Source of the DNA: a virus | Lineage: Duplodnaviria; Caudoviricetes | IMG/VR virus record: IMGVR_UViG_3300028888_000055 | Length of the DNA: 64,000 nucleotides | Reading direction: 5' to 3' (one strand) | Shown: positions 22,683 to 36,131 of the stretch, in pieces | Position numbering within the stretch: the first letter of the stretch is position 1 | Layout: every line of letters begins with the position of its first letter | The notes under the pieces: generated by a model | What the model saw: the letters and a program-made list of their open reading frames with translations, nothing else | Told to the model about the DNA's origin: nothing | Database searches by the model: none | Program-made: the position numbers and the translations under genes

Positions 22683-23879
22683 ATGTTTAATTTTACAACC
22701 ACAACATTGATCCATTCAAGAGATCAATTCGAAGCTAATCCAAACGAAACTAATCAAGTTTTTCGTGTAAATGGTGTTAATCTTTTTAAGAAAGATAATG
22801 TTGTAGCTATCTACAGAAGCCGTTATGTAGACCCTTTAAACGGTAAACTCGAAGTAGTTGTTCCTACAGGCGAAAAATCTGACAGATACAGATTGAAGTT
22901 CTATCTCCGTCGTTCTGGTGATAACAACTCTTACTACTCTAACGATTTCGTATTCAAAGGCAAAGAATTTGTTTACGAATGGACAGGCAAGCAGGACACT
23001 GCTGAAAAGGTAGCTAAGCTTATTCATAAGATTCAGAGACTTTATGGTGATATCTATTTAAAGGTTTACGTTGATGATGAATCTGGCAAGCTCGTATTCG
23101 AAAGCGATAACTACGGTTTGTTTACCACTGCATCACTTGAAAAGTGGGTAGAAACTGAACCAGATTGCTGTGTTTACAGAGAACCAGGTCATTGGGAAGT
23201 TATCGATGAAATTACTGAAGAAGATCCTGTACAGAAGGATGGCCGCGAAAATTGCAGCACTACTACAGACAAGGAATTTTATGAACTTACTGTAGAATCT
23301 GAAGGCAAACAGCTTAAGATTACTAAGTGTATTAATGGCGTAGGTACTTACTGGCAGATTATGAAGGATCTTCGCTTACCAACTATGGAAAATAGCCGTC
23401 CTTGGAACATCGTTGCTACTCAGCAAGAAATGCCTATCCCAGGAAACAAGTATGTACAGTATACTTTACATTATGTATCTTGTCGCGGTATCCTCGGTGG
23501 TTCAGCTGTAGGTGAAGTAACTCACTCGAAGACTACTCACGTATTCTTTGTACCTGCTGACTGCTGCTGCGAAGGCCTTGATGGAGAATTCCAAGCTGCT
23601 TTGAAGGAAGCTTTCGGTGATGACATTATTGAAGAAGCTCCACACGATGATCCAGTTCAGCAGCCATATCTTCAGGATACAATTGATATGAAGGCTGAAT
23701 CGGCTACTTATACTGCTAAAGAAACTAGTGATGAGAATTCTGAAGGTGGTGAAGGTGGTAACAGTACTGGTGGAAATTCAGAACCAACTAATGGTGGTGG
23801 CACTACAGAACCAACCGAACCAGGTAATCCTGCAGATCATTCAGACAATCCAACTGAACCAAAACCAGAAAATCCCTAA
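22683..23879 (+). CDS. Abundant structural protein, putative auxiliary capsid protein (398 aa)
   Basis: MCP-like codon bias, no TAG, low-complexity E/G/P/T C-tail, followed by a terminator. Confidence 0.6.
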   Translation: MFNFTTTTLIHSRDQFEANPNETNQVFRVNGVNLFKKDNVVAIYRSRYVDPLNGKLEVVVPTGEKSDRYRLKFYLRRSGDNNSYYSNDFVFKGKEFVYEWTGKQDTAEKVAKLIHKIQRLYGDIYLKVYVDDESGKLVFESDNYGLFTTASLEKWVETEPDCCVYREPGHWEVIDEITEEDPVQKDGRENCSTTTDKEFYELTVESEGKQLKITKCINGVGTYWQIMKDLRLPTMENSRPWNIVATQQEMPIPGNKYVQYTLHYVSCRGILGGSAVGEVTHSKTTHVFFVPADCCCEGLDGEFQAALKEAFGDDIIEEAPHDDPVQQPYLQDTIDMKAESATYTAKETSDENSEGGEGGNSTGGNSEPTNGGGTTEPTEPGNPADHSDNPTEPKPENP

Positions 23880-23904
23880 TCTAAAAAGATTAATTTAAAT
23901 AAAC

Positions 23905-23940
23905 AAGGCGGTGTGCTAGAATAAGCCGCCGCCTTCTTTT
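23905..23940 (+). terminator. GC-rich hairpin terminator
   Basis: aaggcggtg...cgccgcctt followed by ctttt. Confidence 0.75.
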
Positions 23941-23951
23941 AATTATAAAGT

Positions 23952-24632
23952 ATGGTATATTCAAAGTTAGCATCTGCAATTTATAACGATATAGTATCGG
24001 GTTTATAGGGCTACACTTCGACTCCCACATTATCTTTGGAGTAGTTAGAAGATGATATTGTAGATGAAAGATTAGCCTTAATAAAAGAGTATTCTTTAAA
24101 AGGAATTATTTAGAAAAACGATCTGCTACGAGCAATTAATTGTATTCCAGTAGATTGTAAATCTATTGAAAACTGCGATGCTTGTTCAGGAGATAATTTT
24201 GAAGGTACTCCAACTATGCATTTTGAAATGCCTCCAATATTAACTGAATTCGGAGGAGGCATTGAGTACATTGGGTCTGCAGATATGCAACAACCCTTCT
24301 TATGGTATACTAATCCTTCAGTGATGCGATACCATAAATATAGAAAAAGAAACAAGAATAGACCTTATGTCTATATAAATATGGCACCTAATAGTAATAA
24401 AATGTATGATTGCTATGTTTATAATGCTCCATTCTTAAAAAGAATATCTGTATTAGGTATTTTTAAAGATGAGCGACTGCTTAAGGAATTCGGATGTGAC
24501 TGTACAGACGAAGATGCAACACAGTCTTCTTTTATGAATGCCGAGATTAAAGATAGAGTAATATAGAAAAAAATCAAATATTATAGATAGCTTGCTACTG
24601 GACCTAGACCAAACGACCAAGTACCTAAATAA
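23952..24632 (+). CDS. Putative tail ring protein (226 aa)
   Basis: MVYSKLASAIYNDIVSGLQG...LEQLEDDIVDER...PRPNDQVPK-TAA; includes track ORF 24216. Confidence 0.65.
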
Positions 24633-24634
24633 TT

Positions 24635-25324
24635 ATGGAAGCTTTTTATTCTGCCTATACATAGGCTAATTTATTATATGGACTTGAAATGAGTCCTGAA
24701 GACTTTGAGGAAATAGGACTTATTGCTTGGAATAGAATAGGCAATAAGCAAACTAGATTATATAGATACTCTATAGATGTAGACTGTTCTACAAAAGCAG
24801 TAACTCTTCCTTGTAATTGTGATGAAATAGAAGCTGTGACTTTACCTTATGAAGATTGGAATTATGTTACCAATACAACAGCTAATGGGGATTATGATTC
24901 TCAATTTACTGAGAATTATATAGAAATAAGAAAACACGAATAGGACCCTTTTTATATACATGGAAGATATGTAAAATATGAGAGAGTGGGAGATACTCTT
25001 TATTTAGACAAAGACTGTGGTTTAATTAATATTTTATACAAGGGAGTTGAAATGGATGACGACGGTCTTCCCTTGTTAAATAATAAAGAAGTTGATGCCA
25101 TAGCATGTTTTTGCGCTTTTGTAGTATTACATAAAAGAGCCATAGCATCTAATAATTCTGCATTATTACAGTAGGCTTAGTTATTAGAAACCAGATGGGC
25201 AAAGATGTGTGATGCGGCACGAGTAGCACCAAGTATGAGTCAGAATGACTTCAATAGAATACTTGATGCTAAATCATCTTGGAATAGAAAAATATTTAAT
25301 AAATCTTATAAACCACTTAAATAA
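24635..25324 (+). CDS. Putative tail ring / tubular protein (229 aa)
   Basis: Track ORFs 24689 and 24986 joined across TAG; LPCNCDEIEAV and ILYKGVEMDDDGLPLL motifs. Confidence 0.65.
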
Positions 25325-25764
25325 TGAGGTATGCTACAGGATACTGCATGAATGCAGTAGACGTAATGAAAGGATTTCCAGCTAATAAAACTGTTATAAC
25401 TGCCAAGGAATGTGAGAAAATAATGAAGAATAGGCATAAGGAAAAATTAGCGGAACGAATATGGAAAGCTAATATAGCAATGGTATTAGATGATGTTATA
25501 GATAATAGTGATACATTCGTATTGCCTACTGCTTCTAAAAAAGCAGAAATATATATTAAAAGTTATCCTAGAGAAGAGTTCGTCTAGGGAAGAAAAAATG
25601 GCAAATGGAAGGACATAGATTATCTAGCATCTAATTTTACTGGAGCACAAATGATGTTTAAATATTAGAATGGTGGGGTTTTTAAGGAAAAACCTATTTA
25701 TGTAGATGCAGGGCGAAAACAAAGAATCGCTGATAGACTTAATTCTGGTAAAGCATATTATTAA
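25324..25764 (+). CDS. Basic protein, IHF/HU-like candidate (146 aa)
   Basis: TAATG-coupled on both sides; 2 TAG. Sits where crAss-like phages carry an IHF-like gene pair before the tail stabilisation gene. Confidence 0.5.
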
Positions 25765-26312
25765 TGATAAAGACTGTAGAAGACTATTATGATCGCTTAT
25801 ATGAGATGTTCCCAGAAGTTCCAAAAGAAGACGTTAGACGATCTGTAAATTATGGATGGAGGAAATTCTACTGGTATAATCTTAGAGGCTGTGACGTACA
25901 AATTAAGAGTGCAAATAATGACTTTTGGATGCACTGTGGTATTCTCACCAAAGACTCAATAAAACATTTCAATCTATATAAACAGAAATTGTCTACTAAA
26001 GTCAGATTAAAGTATGCTAAAAAATATAAAGATTGGGACGGCTTTTATTATTCAGTTATTGACGAAGACACTTATCAAAATATTAAAGATAAACAATCTT
26101 TTGATACAATATTAAAAGATAAATGTATATTTAAAATATTAGATGAGTGTAAATTGTATTATAATGATGCTCGATATTTTATAAAATTTAAAATGAATGA
26201 GGATGTTGGATGGAAAAAGTTATTCCAAGATTTAGAATGTAAAGATTGTGAAATAGTATATAAACGAACTAAAGGTTTAACCCTTAAAGATTTAATCAAT
26301 TATAAATTATGA
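25764..26312 (+). CDS. Basic protein, second IHF-like candidate (182 aa)
   Basis: Intact ORF with no TAG; ATGA overlap with the next gene. Assignment is positional. Confidence 0.5.
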   Translation: MIKTVEDYYDRLYEMFPEVPKEDVRRSVNYGWRKFYWYNLRGCDVQIKSANNDFWMHCGILTKDSIKHFNLYKQKLSTKVRLKYAKKYKDWDGFYYSVIDEDTYQNIKDKQSFDTILKDKCIFKILDECKLYYNDARYFIKFKMNEDVGWKKLFQDLECKDCEIVYKRTKGLTLKDLINYKL

Positions 26313-29300
26313 AAGAATAGGCAGTAAATACATTTAAAGGTGGTTTAGTAATGGATCTTAATCCAATAGCTGGAGATGGTACTACATTATCAAACGCTTT
26401 AAATGCTACATTTATAACTAATAATGGCAATGAATTAATGCTATAGAATGATATGGGTAATGGTCGCATTAACAAAGTGCGACTAGATGAGGGTTATATA
26501 CCTGTAGGAATAAAAGAACACGGAGGGATTATCTATATAGCATCTTATAATCCTGAAAATAAAAAAGGACAAATAGGATCTTTCCCTTATCCTAAAGTAG
26601 AATGGGATAACAGTGATTTTGTTGATAAAGATCCAGACATGGAGGAAAATAGACGATTATCCTTTATTTACGGGGATAATACTATTACTAGTACTTCTTT
26701 ATGTGATAACTAGACTGTAACTTTTAATGAGATTGTTAATAACTCTTAGAAAGTAAAATTATTTATAATAGTCGATGATAAGGGAGAAAAGGTATAGGCT
26801 AAATTTAAACAAGGGGACTATTTCTCTTTAACTTTTGATCCTGAAACTTCAAAGTATTTAAAATCTGATAACATTGAAGCGTCTATAGTAAGTAAAACGG
26901 CTTCTGATTATATTACATTATATACTATAAGCAAAGAAGAATTATCAGAAGATGGAACTACAATCTCCGCTACATATAATTATTCTTACTCTGGGACCTT
27001 ATTTTTATAGGTATCCTTAAATGTACCAGATACATTTGACATGAGTTATACATATAATAATGGAAAGTTTACTGTTTATCCTTATGCTTATAATTCTGAA
27101 AATCCAGAAATATATACTACTATAACTGATGCAATACCAGTTAATGGTAGTTAGCATGTATCTAATTTTGATTGTGGAACTTCAATTAGCTTAGGACTCG
27201 GAGAATTTTATTTATATCCCGTAACTTAGGATAAAGGTTATTTGGACTACTTAAAATAGAAGGTTTATTTAAATTTAAAAAATAATAATATATTCAAGTA
27301 TACTTTTAATGATGAACTCTTGGATTTATATTGGGATATTTACACAGATAAATCAGAGTATTAGGGAGGTACAGGTATAAGTTATAGATTTACTTATAAT
27401 TTTTATGATTTAGAAACTGCTAGTAGTGTAAAAACATTACAAGCTTTGCAACAATTATCTCCTACACAACAAGTAATTAAAGAGGGATATACTGCAGTAT
27501 CTGGAGTAAGAAATATTAAATGTTCTTTACCATCAGATACAATATATGTATTATTAATTACTGTTGCTAAAAAATCTTAGGATACTTATAGTGAAGATAC
27601 TCCTTGTTTTGGGGGTTTTGTATATGGTACTCCAAGATATAATGATTTCTTTGATTCTGAAGATAATTTTAATAATATTAAAGAAGGAGTTCATGCAATA
27701 CCATATTCATTTAATCGTCAATTATTAGAATTAAGTAGAACTGCATTTAATAATAGACACTATTTACAGAATCCTGATACATAGGAAAACTATTGGGAAG
27801 ATGTTCAAGGGGTCGTATTATTTAGTGATAACCCAATTGCGCTTTCTGCTTTTCCTATAGCTTATAGTACTGAAGTAGGAGTAACTATGGCTAAAACAGA
27901 AGAACCTGTTGTTGTATCTCCTAGCTAGAGTGGTTAGAATGTTAATTTTATTTATGACTCGGATCAATTTTCTATAGAATCTTCAAAATTCAATGTTAAT
28001 TTAAAGGATGATGAAGTAGAAGTAAGTGATATTCCAGCAAGAAATGAAAATACTAGAATTATAACTTCTTTAGATTAGAATGCTTATAAGGAATATGAAC
28101 AAGAGGAAGATCATATTACTTTCTATAGATATATTAGTTCTGAAAGTAGTGATGGTTAGGCTCAATAGACTAGAACATTTAAATAGCTTATGCCTATATT
28201 TAATCCTAATATGACTAATTATGAAGAAGTATTTGGATTTGATCATACAGATTCAGCTGTTACTGCAGTATTAGGATCTAAGAAGTATTTAAATAAAACT
28301 AATTCGTCATTATTGTCAGTTGGATCGAATATACATGGCGAAGCGACTAGAGTTGGAGAGAGTGAAGGTAATGCTTCTCCTGGAGTAATAAAACAATTCT
28401 TATTACTACATAGCAAAGAATATAGAGGTTAGGATGTATCTTCTATATTTGATCTATTTGGAGGCGGTGTAAAAGAAGGTGGTACTAGAGATGAAGGATC
28501 TTTAAGAATAGAAGACATTAATTATATTCCTAAGAGAAAATATAGTGGGTTAGATTGGGACGGTACATGGGATGAATTTGATCATCTTTGTAGATTTTTA
28601 ATACCTTCATGTCTTACTTACACCAAACAGCCTTTATTATTACCATTACCTTCAAATACTATAGGGTTATTTTATGATAGAGGCTATCAAGAAAATTATA
28701 ATGAAGATAGAACTAAATTTCCAATAAACGATTGCTGGTCTGCAGATAGGTTAAAAACAAGAGAGCACGATTTATTAATTCCAGCTTTTAAAAAATTATT
28801 CTGTTTATTAAGTCAAATATTTACGTTACAAACTCAAGAAGCTTATACTTATGTTGTAGGCCCAAGTGAAGTAACAGTTAATTATAATATACAAGACGAC
28901 TCATATGTTAAATATATTGTATCTTTATAGAATCAAGATATTTTTATTGATGATAATATCTAGATTAATTTAAACGAGGTTATAAAGTACTTAAAAAATA
29001 ATAACTTAATTGTATTACCTCAAAATTATATTGGCAGATTAAAATTATAGGAATTATAGGATAGTTATTTCTTCTATGGTAGAGAAGTAAATATGGATAG
29101 TGATTTATATAATAATGTCTTATCTCAATATATTACAGCATATGATGAAGCCGTAGTAATAGACAATTCATCTGGGTATTCTCCTAATGATATTTACTAT
29201 TTAAATGCTCTTAAAATATATAAAAAACATCCATCTAGTGATGATATAAAACAATTTGATTACAGGGGTGCACATAATAGAATAGTCAATAATAAAAATT

Positions 29301-29878
29301 ATCCTTTGGATGATGGTTATGACGGAGCATAGGTAATCGATGGGGATTATAATCAGATATGGGAAGATCTAGATATTTACTACAATCCAGCATATAATTG
29401 TTATTAGTATGATTTATCTAAAGAGAATTTTATGCGTATGCTTACAAAGTCTGTTAATAATAGTTAGAATTTTATACTGGATTGGGCAGGGAACTGTTGG
29501 CAAATCCCTGCTTTAATTAATAGTTTTATGACAGTAGAAGAAGCTAAAACTACTTCTGGTTCAGTACTTGATACATATTCAAATAATTATATAGTACTTA
29601 GAAACTTAAATACTGTTTCTTCCACTTGGACAAAAGGATCAGATACCTCGGGCCCAAATTTTGCTAAAATTAATCTAGGATTTAGAGGATGTAATGTAGC
29701 CTACACTACTCCAAAAGTAGAAAGAAAAGTTTCAACCTTAGACTTTTTTAAAGCAATAAATGGCAAAATAAAGGAAATAGTAAACTTATACAATCATAAT
29801 AAGGTAGCTATGAATGGAGGATATAACCCACCAGAAGAACCAGAAGTAGAACCTGAAGTAGAACCAGAAACCACCTAA
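26309..29878 (+). CDS. Tail stabilisation/muzzle-like protein, N-terminal part plus large variable region (1189 aa)
   Basis: NTFKGGLVMDLNP...NALNATFITNNGNELMLQNDMGN...PVGIKEHGGIIYI...GQIGSFPYP. Track ORFs 26453, 28190, 29093 and 29528 share a frame; ends TAA. Confidence 0.75.
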
Positions 29879-29897
29879 AATTTAATATTGATAACTT

Positions 29898-32800
29898 ATG
29901 GCAACTAAACCTATTATAAATTTAACTGATTTAAATGCCGACATAGTAGCTTTAAAAGGATCATTAGTATATGATTATAATCCATTAAGGGTTTTCAAAA
30001 TAGAATCCCCTAATATGGAATATTCTAACTATACAATTGATAGCAGTATGTCTTGGGGCGACTTGTAGGAGCATAACGGAACTCTTACCATACTTTCTAA
30101 TACTGGAAAGTATGACACTTTAGTATGTAATAATAAGGTTATTAGTATATTAGGGGAAGAAGTATCAGAGACTTATTTAAAAAATAACTATGTATGGGAG
30201 GATGATAAATTAGTAACATTTAAACCAGGCGAAGAAGATGATAATATAAGCATTGGAAAAATTGTAAATCTTGATACTCAATTATTAAATTTTGATATAA
30301 CCAAACCGTTAACGATTGACGCGCAAGATTCTTATGATGGAACTGTTAATCTCATATATGATGACGGCTTTTCTATTCCTAAGTTAATAAATACCAGATT
30401 TTCAACAATTGGGGATAATAAATATCAAATAATAGATAGAGAAGGAGAAGACGATACAAATTTATATCCTTAGAATTCTTTTGAAAGCTCTATTGCTTTA
30501 CAAAAAATAACTAAAGGAATTGTCGATATTGAATTTAGAGGGGTAAATGGTAATGGAAATCTCCCTATCGGTAATTATGTATTTTATTTTAAGTTATCTG
30601 ACGAAGATCAAAATCCTACAGATTTTATAGGTGAATCGTCGGTAGTAACTTGTCATAATGGTAATCTTTTAGATCCATTTTCTGTAGAAGGAGGAGTGGA
30701 AGACTAGAATAGTCATAAGCAAGTACATTTTGTATTAAAGAACATTGATTCCGCTTATAATAGAGTTATTGTATATTATACAAGAACCACTTCATCTTCT
30801 ACAGGAGTATTACAAGTTGAACATAAGATGTTACTAGAATCTTATGATATTTATAATGGATCAGCGAATATTACCATAACTGGATATGAACCAACTAATC
30901 CCGTAGATGAGTCTGAAATTAATACATCTTATGAAATAGTAGGTAGTGCAAAAGCTTAGGCTATTTGTAACAATAGATTATTCTTAGGAAATATTAAAAA
31001 ACCAGAAATTAATTATAAAGCTTTAAAAAATTTAGCTTTACACTTTTATCCACATGTATTTCGCCAATCTGTGGGATATGTGGATAAGGATTATAATATT
31101 TCTTCTGGCAATGAAGGTATCTATCCTGGAGAGTATTATAATACCAAAAATATCTATCATTATACTGGTTACTGGAATGATGAAATATATAGATTTGGTA
31201 TTGTATTTATTATGAAGGATGGATCTTTATCTCCAGTATTTAATATTAGAGGAAGATGTAATGTTACTACGGAAGAAGAGGAAACTAATCCCGATGTAAA
31301 TAAAGTAAAAGCCTTAAAATTATTTCCTTCTGATAATATAAGCGAACTAGATAATCCTGATGTGCTTGATTATATCTATGAGGTACCATATGATTTGGAT
31401 CATTATACTATTAATAATGAGGCATATTAGGAATCTGTTAGTAATACTATTTTTACTAAGTTAGAGAACACAAGAGGTGTATTTAACATTAATTCTAAAA
31501 AATCTTAGTTAACTCCAACTGATACTTATGCATACGGTATAAAAATCAGTGTAGATGATGATAGGGTTATAAAAATACTATAGTCGTTTACTAAAGGCTA
31601 TTTTATAGTTCGATAGAAAAGATTAGCCACTACATTATGTTAGGCTATTACTATAGGAACAGATAGAATAAGTCACCTGCCTTTGTTGCCAGTGCCCTAG
31701 GGATACTTAACTGAAGGTTTTCTTGATTCTAATAGAATATTAAATAATTCCTTCCAATCCAGAACCATTGTAGGAACAAATGCTGTACAAGGTTCTGCAG
31801 CTATTTGTCCAGAATATGAATTAAGATAGAATTACTTTAATTCTCTATTTACTTCAACTAATTATTCTGTTCAATTAGCTCTTGACTAGTATAAAGATTA
31901 TACTTTGGATAACTCTAATAATTATTTTTATCCTACAAATGCTTATATATAGTCAAATAAAGATTTTTTAGGTAAAGTTTATATACAAGCGGTTCCAGAT
32001 TCTACAACAGCCATAAAGAATAAGTCTTTGGTTTATTCTTCTAAAGCAGGTGAAGCTGAAGAAGCTAAAAGATTTAGTTATGTATTCAATAAGAGAAAAA
32101 CTGAAAAGAATACATCAATAGCTAGAGGAGCCTGGAGTCCTTATATAGGATTAGAATCTACGAGGGTTGGAATTATTGAGAATTTAAGAAGAATAGACAT
32201 AAAAATGCCTGATTATTCTAGTTCTAATCTAGAAGATATGTTTCATATTCGTTATCAGGATTCTAATGCTTTTTATGCAGTCTCAGAGAGAAAATCTTTT
32301 GATATTTATGATATTAAAGAAAGCTCAACTATTAAAAGTTTGGATTTAATTACAGTCTTTAGAGGTGACTGCTTTATATGTAACTTTACACATAGAATGG
32401 TTAGAAATTTCCAGGATCCTTCTTTCCCAGTAAATGATGATATTTTAGACACCGAAACCTGGAAAACCCATTATAAATTAAATAAAGGTGGTAAGAGTTC
32501 TAATAAAGAAGATACTTCTATTACCTTTAAGATAGATAGCGAAGGTAAAGTAAGTTCTGTTCCTAATGAAGATGTAGATGTATCAGAAACAGCTAAAATA
32601 AATCGAGGCGATGTAAATGCTGTTAAAATCGGACACTGGGTTACATTTAAAATAATGTCCAACTTTAACCTTTCAATGAGAAGTGTGGACGAAACTCATC
32701 TTGATGAAGTAGCAACTACACATAAAGGAAGAACCTTCTATCCTTTATATCCTATGAGTACAGAAGGCACAAATAAAGTTCCTGAAGCCTTTATTATGAA

Positions 32801-34994
32801 TGAAGGATATGGTAGAACTACATCAGACCAACATAGATTATTAAGTAAAGAATATCCAACTGAAAGAACTGATTTCAGTACCAGGATAATGTACTCTGAA
32901 TTAGGAGTAAATAATGCAATATCTAATAATCTAAGAATTTTTAAATCTGGAAATCATCAAGATTATTCTACAAACTATGGACAACTAGTTAAACTTATAA
33001 CTTAGAATAGTTATTTAGTGTGCATATTTGAACATGGTATAGGGACAATAGAAATCAACGAACGTGCTGCCATAAATCAAACTAAAACAGAACAAGTTTA
33101 TATTAAATCTGTAAGTGTATTGCCAGAAAAGATGTCTATGCTTCATCTAGATTTTGGTAGTCAATGGCCTGAAAGTGTGATTTCTACTCCTACTGGAATA
33201 TACGGTGTAGATACTGTAGCTAAAGTTATTTGGAGATTAACTGTTAATGGTGGAGTTGAAACTTTATCTGATTTTAAAGTACAAAATTTCTTAAATAATA
33301 ATATAACATTCTCTCTTCAAGAAACTTCTCCAATTGTAGGTATTAGAAATGTAAAAACTCACTATAACGCCTTTAAAAAAGATGTAATATTTACATTTTA
33401 TGATGATATAAATGCTGTAGAGGATAAAGCCTGGAGTCTATGTTATAATGAAGATACAAATGTTAAGACATTTACAACTTTCTATTCTTGGCTTCCTTCT
33501 TACTCTGCAAATATTGATAATGTATTCTTTACATTTGATAGGTAGGCATCGAGAGAACTAGCTATGTTATATGATTACTAGGGCAAATTAAAATTGTCTA
33601 GTGATGATAATTATTCTTACTCTGATCTTCATCTTTTTAATAAAGATGCTGCTAGTATAAAGGATAGTAATATATGTAAAGCACATATTACTTATACTGG
33701 AGCCTCAGATTATGAATTAGCTATAGACAATAAGTATATTTCTGATAAAATATTTAGTTTAGAAAAAGAAGACGAAAATAATTATTATACATTGACTTTA
33801 TATGAAAAGGGCTTAAATTCTGATGTTTATCATATCCCTATTATTGTAAAAGAATACTAGACTGATAATAGAGGACAAAGGATGGTATTAAGAACACTAA
33901 ATACTACCTTAATGATATGTACAGAATCATATCGTACTAAATTATAGAATTACATATGGAAGCATGGTTAGGCAGGGTTAATGTAGCTTGATACAGAAAT
34001 AAAACCAACAAACTGGTATGGTAAATAGCATCCATTTGAATTTGAATTTGTAGTAAATAAGGATATTTATAGTCATAAAATATTTGAAAACCTAATTATT
34101 TTATCAAATAAAACAAAACCAGAGTCCTTACATTTTGAAGTTGTTGGAGAAGTTTATACCTTTGCAAAAGATAAACTAAATATGTTCTATCGCCAGGAAG
34201 CTACCAAATAGCTATACTAGTATTACGGTTACGATATTACATATAATAAAGAATATCTTAAATTAAATCCTGAACATAGATGGGATAAGTATAGTGGATA
34301 TTTTGATAAATCTATAATATTTCCATTAAGAGTTACTAGACAGGATTCCTTAAATGAAGTTTATGATTATTATCAAAAAATGACTTCTAATTCTCTGGAT
34401 TATCAATCTTTATCTGGAGCAGAAATTACCTATGATAAACTATTAAATGACTTTAATGTAAATGTTCATATCCCTGTATATCCTTTAGGAGGACACGAAG
34501 AAGTTAAGATAACTCCTGAACAATATGAATATTATAAGAAAACAAATGTATAGGTAAGAAAAGAAGGCGATAATTATTATAAGTTAGTACCTTATGGTAG
34601 AAGATTAGGAAATGCTCAATATAATGAAGATAGATGGCTGATTCAAATTCCATCTATAAACTACGTTGAGAAAAATGAAAATAAAGAGGCTTGGATTAAT
34701 GATGTTCCGCCTTTGAATGTTTACTATAATCCTTTACCAGAAGACGGTCCTATTAATGATTATATTGATGATTCCGAGCAAACTAATCCTTTCCCAGATA
34801 AAAATATATTTATAAATAATGATGGTACTTCTTTATATAAATATGATAATATAAAGCAAATAAATATATCTGACTGGGGAAATTATAAATAGACTCGCTT
34901 AAGGGATAAATATATGAAGATAAAAATTAGATATGATGGGGAAGATTTAGCTGTTATTGCCGCTATTGTAACCCTATTTTAGAAAAGCGCTTAA
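29898..34994 (+). CDS. Tail stabilisation/muzzle-like protein, main part (1698 aa)
   Basis: SYDGTVNLI...PKLINTRF, NRLFLGN, EIYRFGIVFI, FRGDCFI, FGSQW.ESV, WYGKQHPFEFEFVV, RLRDKYMKIKIRY. Track ORFs 31071, 32028, 33018 and 33594 share a frame. Confidence 0.8.
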
Positions 34995-35004
34995 TAAATA
35001 AATT

Positions 35005-36129
35005 ATGGCAAATACAGACGGAGGATCAGCTATTAGTGAAGCAACGAAAAGTTTAGGATCTAATATGCAAAAGTTCGGCATGATGGCCGACGCTGTTGGA
35101 AGTTTTATTCCATCTAACTATAATATGGGGAAATATGGAAAAGGTAAACTAGCAAGCTAGTTGGATAGTACCTATGATACTATATCTAATGCAGCTATGT
35201 CATTAGGCCCATATGGAATGATAGCAGGTGGAGTAATGAAAGGCCTTGGGTTACTTAATAAAGGTTTAGGAGCTATTGGCGGTGGCACAGACTAGATGAC
35301 CACCACTGACGCTATCTTAAATAGTAGTTTTTTAGGATGGACTCCTATAGGAATGATTAATGGTTTCGGAGGTGCTAGAGCTAGCAATTATAATAGAGAT
35401 GATGAAATTGACGCTAATTCTGGAGGTTCATATCAAGGTTTTCTTTCTGCGGAAGATGAGGCAAGTGAAAAAGCTGGTAAAAAATATGGTCTTTTCTCAA
35501 AAGGAGCATTAAATAAAGCAAATGAATTAATCGATAAAGTATCCGTATAGCAGATACAATTAGGAGCAATTGAAGATACTAATAAGTTAAATTAGAATAT
35601 TGCACAGAACAATGCTCCATTTATTTCTATGCGATCTTAGATTGCCAACGATGGTGGTTTACAATATGCTAGAATAGGAAAAGAAGGTATGACTTTTGAT
35701 AAAGCAATGGTGTTTGCTAAACATGTATTATAGCGAAGACCAGTTAGAAAGTTGGAAAAAGGCGATAAGAATAGTAAAGTAAAGAAGAATACTCCTTACT
35801 CTTTACCCGAATTACCTTTACTGAAACAAGGAGGCTCCTTTAACGTAATTCCTGATGGTTCTCTTCATAAAAATAAACATCATCTTGATGAAATTGATGA
35901 GAAATTTGAGGATGTTACAACAAAGGGTATACCCGTTATTACAGAACAAAATGGAGAAGTAATACAACATGCTGAAGTAGAAAAAGAAGAAATAATCTTC
36001 AGATTAGAAACAACTAAGAAAATTGAAGAATTAATGAAAGAAAATACTGATGAGGCAGCTATTGAAGCAGGAAAACTTCTCGTTAAAGAGATATTACATA
36101 ATACTAAAGACAACGCTAATATTATATAA
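35005..36129 (+). CDS. Putative virion cargo/ejection protein (374 aa)
   Basis: Gly-rich hydrophobic N-half; KQGGSFNVIPDGSLH...GIPVI...AEVEKEEIIF. Track ORFs 35296 and 35752 joined. Confidence 0.65.
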
Positions 36130-36131
36130 TT

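Noticed and set aside
29830-29875. PEEPEVEPEVEPE, APME x3 (about 38408-38443) and Thr-rich (18030-18420) DNA repeats as regulatory elements
   Set aside because: They are explained as low-complexity coding linkers with synonymous variation.
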